This document shows, piece by piece, positions 59,665-64,000 of a DNA stretch of 64,000 nt; position 1 is the first letter of the stretch, and every line of letters begins with the position of its first letter. A program made the position numbers and the translations under genes. The notes beneath the pieces are model-generated. The model did not search any database. It saw nothing but the letters and a program-made list of their open reading frames with translations, and was not told where the DNA came from. The DNA is from the human T2T-CHM13v2.0 reference genome, Homo sapiens, in the NCBI RefSeq assembly GCF_009914755.1, contig NC_060926.1, one strand, 5' to 3'.

Positions 59665-60089
59665 GTATATGTCTCAAAGAACTTTTATTTGTCTTAATAT
59701 CACCAAGCTTAGAATGATTACCCAAGAAGCAAGGATTAAACAAGATAAAATCTATTCCACACCTCTATGTCTCTCTGAAAATATGAAATGTTCTTCCATA
59801 TCTTTGTGTAATATATAAGCAAACCCATTTTCTAGTAATATGAAAACTTTATTAAGCCCTAATAAATCAATAAGAGAAAAATAAACACTCAATAAAGGAC
59901 AAAGGACACAAATAAACAAGCACGCATATATGTATAATCAGTATACATGATCAATAAATATTTAATATAATTTCAACCCTATTAATAAAGAATAAAGTTA
60001 AAATGGAAACACTGAGATTGGAAAATTGCTAAAAATGCTCATCAGTTTTTTTCTTATTTTGAATGAATATATTAGATTAAATGTGGTCA

Positions 60090-60583
60090 GGGGCTTCTTG
60101 GTTTCTCTTCTCATTGTGAAATGGAATCTAACTCTTCCTCTCAAATCTGAGCTCACCTTAGTGACTTCCTTGTCCAGTAGGATATGGACCTTTTGTGGCT
60201 GTCGTGGAAGCCTTGCAGTTTACACTCTGCTCTCTTAGAATGGTTTCTCAAGGGGAAGCTGGTGACCATGTCAGAAGGCCCACTCCCTCAAACTGTCATG
60301 CTAGAAAAGGTACATATATACATTCTCATCAGCAGACCCAGTTGAGGCTAGCCATCTATCCATCCGCACCAAGGTACTAGACATGTGAGTAAATAAATCT
60401 CAGCCCCTTTAGACCAGCGCATTTGCCAGCTGAATGTAAGAGTGTCCTCAATTGATGTCACAGAACAGAAGAATCATTAAACCAAGGCTTATTCAACTAC
60501 TGGACAAAAAATTCATGAGATGAGTTGATTTTAGCCTCTAAATTGTGGAATGATTTGTTAAATAGCAAGAGATAATCAGAACA
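60090..60583 (+). mobile_element. MLT1H-like LTR
   Basis: agacatgtgagt, tgccagctgaat, terminal agataatcagaaca. Confidence 0.7.
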
Positions 60584-61029
60584 ATGGCAATCTCCAATGT
60601 TGGTGGAATGCTTAGAGAAGCAAGGAAATAGACTTTAAATTGCCAGATAACATATGACTTGGTGGCAAAGTAAAAAAGTAAATATTCAAACATTCCAACT
60701 TAATTATGGAAAGAAATACACATCCTCACTTCCCATCTTTGAAAAATCTCTGTTGCTCCAAAGCCCCATGAAACGACTGAGAGTAGGGTGGGGAGAGGAC
60801 TCAAACTTCATAATTAAAGATATTCTTACTTAATTCATTTTAAGTGAATTGGCATGAGGCTACTTATCATTTTTATTTATTATACTTAGTGTGAATATTC
60901 ATATGTTGAATATTTACTTATTTTGCTGCAGTTATATGAATGCATTTAAGTGGTGGAAGTGTTAGGTATTGTACAATGTATATAACATTTACTTTGTAAA
61001 CTCAAAAAATCTCTAATTCTAAATTGCAA

Positions 61030-61275
61030 GCAGATAAGCATGTCATCACAGGAGCCAGACTGCTGGGTTTAATTTTAACTCTGTCACTTATTAGTGTATG
61101 ACCATGGGCAAGTTACTTAGTCTCTCTGCACCTTAATTTCCCCATCTGTATAATGAGAATAACAATGAGACCTACCTGAGAAGACTATTGTGAAGATTAA
61201 GTAAGTTTTTATATATAGATCAATTAGAAGGCATCTAGCACAGAGTAAATGCTTAATAAGTTACTATTATTATTA
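61030..61275 (+). mobile_element. MIR
   Basis: ggagccagactgctgggtt...tgaccatgggcaagttactt...tttccccatctgta. Confidence 0.85.
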
Positions 61276-61888
61276 TTAATTTGCTTTTTTCTCACATATC
61301 TATAACTAAGAAGTAGTAAGGGATGAGAACTTAACTATCTTTATGGCACCTGAGGGGGGTTTTCTTAACCATGTCTTTGTCCTTGCTGGACTTTAAAAAG
61401 ATGACCTTTTTCCTGCCTGGACATCTTTCTTGCTAGATGCTACTTCTGAGGTCCACTTTGGGAAATTTATGCTGCATTTTAATTCTCGCCTACCTTTGCT
61501 TTCCACCTGGAGAGAGGTGTTAATATCTGAGCCATCCTATGCCAACAACTCCTTAGCTATAAACATGTCCTGGAAAATAAATAAATAAATAATAATAGTA
61601 AGTAACTTGTTAAGCGTTTACTCTGTGCTAGGTGCCTTCTCATTGATCTGTATATATACAAACTCCTTTAATCTTCACAATAGTCCTATCAGGTGCCAGA
61701 TGTCGGCTCTTTTTTAGCTACCCCAGTTAGGTGCAGGTCACTCTGCTAGGCAGGCTTCCACTCAGAGTTTTAAAAAGGCATCAAAACAAAAAGCCTTTCT
61801 TCCTTTGGGTCATCAGTATTGTGTAGGGATTTTCTTCTGCCTCAGCCCAATTTCTCCTCAGCCCAATCTTTGTTTGAAGTTTCTGTCA

Positions 61889-61920
<32 letters not shown>

Positions 61921-61993
61921 CCCTAGGCTCCCTTCAGATGAATGCCCTACTTACAGCATTTCTCTGTTTTGAATCTCACCATGATGTCTTGAG

Positions 61994-62146
61994 TAGTGGT
62001 TCTTAAAGTGTGGTCCCTGGACCAACAGCAACAGCAATGTCTTAATAGTAGTTGACACACAAATTCTTGGGCTCTACCTAGTTGTTCAGGAACTCTGAGG
62101 GTGGAGCCCAGTGATCTGACACACGCTAAAGTCTGTGAATCACTGC
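61994..62146. mobile_element. MER5A (hAT-Charlie)
   Basis: agtggttcttaaagtgtggtccctggacc...aaagtctgtgaatcactg. Confidence 0.8.
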
Positions 62147-62225
62147 TTAGAGAATAACTGTATAGACCTAGTCCACCAGATTTGCTTCTTCACATGTTTA
62201 CTATTTTAAGTGACTTTTAAACCCT

Positions 62226-62610
62226 TGTTAAATCAAGTTAGGTTTAAACCTGCCTCCTTACATATCTTAAGCTTGGCCTTAATGTTTTTCTGTACATTGT
62301 AAACTATAACAAATGGAGGTGTAAACAGACGGTAGCCTACACTTGTGCCAATCATTGAGTTTTGACCAATCAAAGGTAGCCAACTGTTCAAACCATGTTC
62401 AAGTAAGGCAAACACCAAGCTGTAACCAATACCTCACTTCCATTCTCTGTACGTCACTTTCCTTTTTCTGTCCATAAATTTTCTTCCACTAACTGGGTGT
62501 GCTGGAGTCTCTAAGCCTACTCTGGCTCAGAAGGCTGCCCAATTCATGAATAATTCATTGCTGAATTAAACTCCTTTAAACTTAATTCGGTTGAAGTTTT
62601 TCTTTTAACA
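62226..62610 (+). mobile_element. MER57-family solo LTR (ERV1)
   Basis: TGTTAAA...TTTTAACA termini; multiple CCAAT boxes; ATTAAA; near-TSD CCCT/CCCG. Confidence 0.82.
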
Positions 62611-62879
62611 CCCGTTTTCCTCTTGATAAGGTTTCTGATTTTCCAGACTATAAGTCTCAATGAAGAATTCAGGAAAGCCTAATTTCACATAGCTGAACAA
62701 TGAATTATGTTACACTGTATCTGTGTCTCCCTAAATCTAAAATCCCCTATGAGAACTCATAGGAATCATGATTTAAGGAGACCAGAAAGACCTCTGCTTG
62801 GTATTTTCCAGAAATATTATCCTTCTAAAAACTAGAAATATAATTGTATTTCTAAGCATTTTTCTAAATTTAAAAATGT

Positions 62880-63452
62880 TTTAATTATCTATTGCTGCAT
62901 AAATTTCATGGCTGGGAGAACAATGTTTTGATTTGCCCATAATTCTGTAAATCATAAATTGGACAGGGCTCAGCTGGAGTGGTTTTTCCACTTACATGTC
63001 ATTGTCTGGAATGTCTTACAGGGTTAAATTCCACTCCAATGGCATCTGGGGCTGGAATAACTAAGATGACTTGACTTACATATCTGGCACTTTAGCAGGG
63101 ATAGCTGAGATGCTGGACACCTGAGACTTCTATCTCTCTCTTTCTGCCCACTCCCACCCTACCCCACCCCATGGATGCTCAGGCCCCTTTTCATGGTGAC
63201 TAGATCCCAAAAGCGAGCATTTTAAGTCGTGACAGCAAAAGCTGTAGATGTCTTTAGGCCAAGCTTTGAAAGTTTCCCAGTGTCACTTCCACCAGATTCT
63301 ACTGACCAGAACAAGTCACAGGGCTAGCCTAGATCCCAAGGAAGGGGAAATTCATACTACTTCTTGATGCTGAAGCAGCATAGGCATACTGTGGGAGACC
63401 ACATAGATGGGCTTTCTGGTTGTAGCTACCTTTGGAAACATAATAGACTCCA
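62880..63452 (-). mobile_element. MLT1 (H/I/J-like) LTR
   Basis: tatctattgctgcataa; cagggctcagctgg; gtgtcacttccaccagattcta..aagtcaca. Confidence 0.7.
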
Positions 63453-63581
63453 GAAAAATTCATAAAGATTATATTCAGGAAAGCTTGTCTAAATATTATT
63501 TATAAAGATAGAAAGCAGGAATCAAATGCACAACTGTAAGGGACTGGTTCAATTATTGCATCATTAAAAATCCTGTTTGAG

Positions 63582-63876
<295 letters not shown>

Positions 63877-64000
63877 TTAGCATTTATATATATATATATA
63901 TAGAAAATAGAGAAATAGGATTCCAACTCCCAAAGAACAAGAATTAGAAATAAAGATAAATATCATTAAATCTAAGTCAGAATAAGCTAACAGAGGTACT

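Overview
Human (primate) genomic DNA, AT-rich and dominated by transposable elements. The only protein-coding content is the last four coding exons of KYNU (kynureninase, + strand: 9889-9941, 13512-13597, 20704-20934, 22323-22448). They splice in frame to give residues 301-465 and end in TAG. A proximal AATAAA lies at 22563 and a likely distal AATAAA at 36071, implying a ~13.6 kb repeat-filled alternative 3'UTR. The rest is intronic or intergenic: L1 fragments, Alus, MIR/L2, ERV1 solo LTRs, three THE1/MST MaLR proviruses, MLT1 elements, DNA transposons and microsatellites. Nearly all long ORFs in the track come from these repeats. I found no prokaryote-type system and no novel gene. The most unusual signals are structural: a 103-bp locally templated insertion inside a THE1 provirus; a 1.56-kb TSD-flanked candidate mRNA retrocopy of unidentified parent; an inverted MER58B pair sharing derived changes; tail-less Alu and L1 fragments; an intronic CTCF-motif cluster; a head-to-head Alu pair with a 22-bp spacer; and two oppositely oriented MaLR proviruses straddling the distal poly(A) site. 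Repeat subfamily names and consensus comparisons come from recognition by eye and memory and need RepeatMasker/Dfam confirmation.
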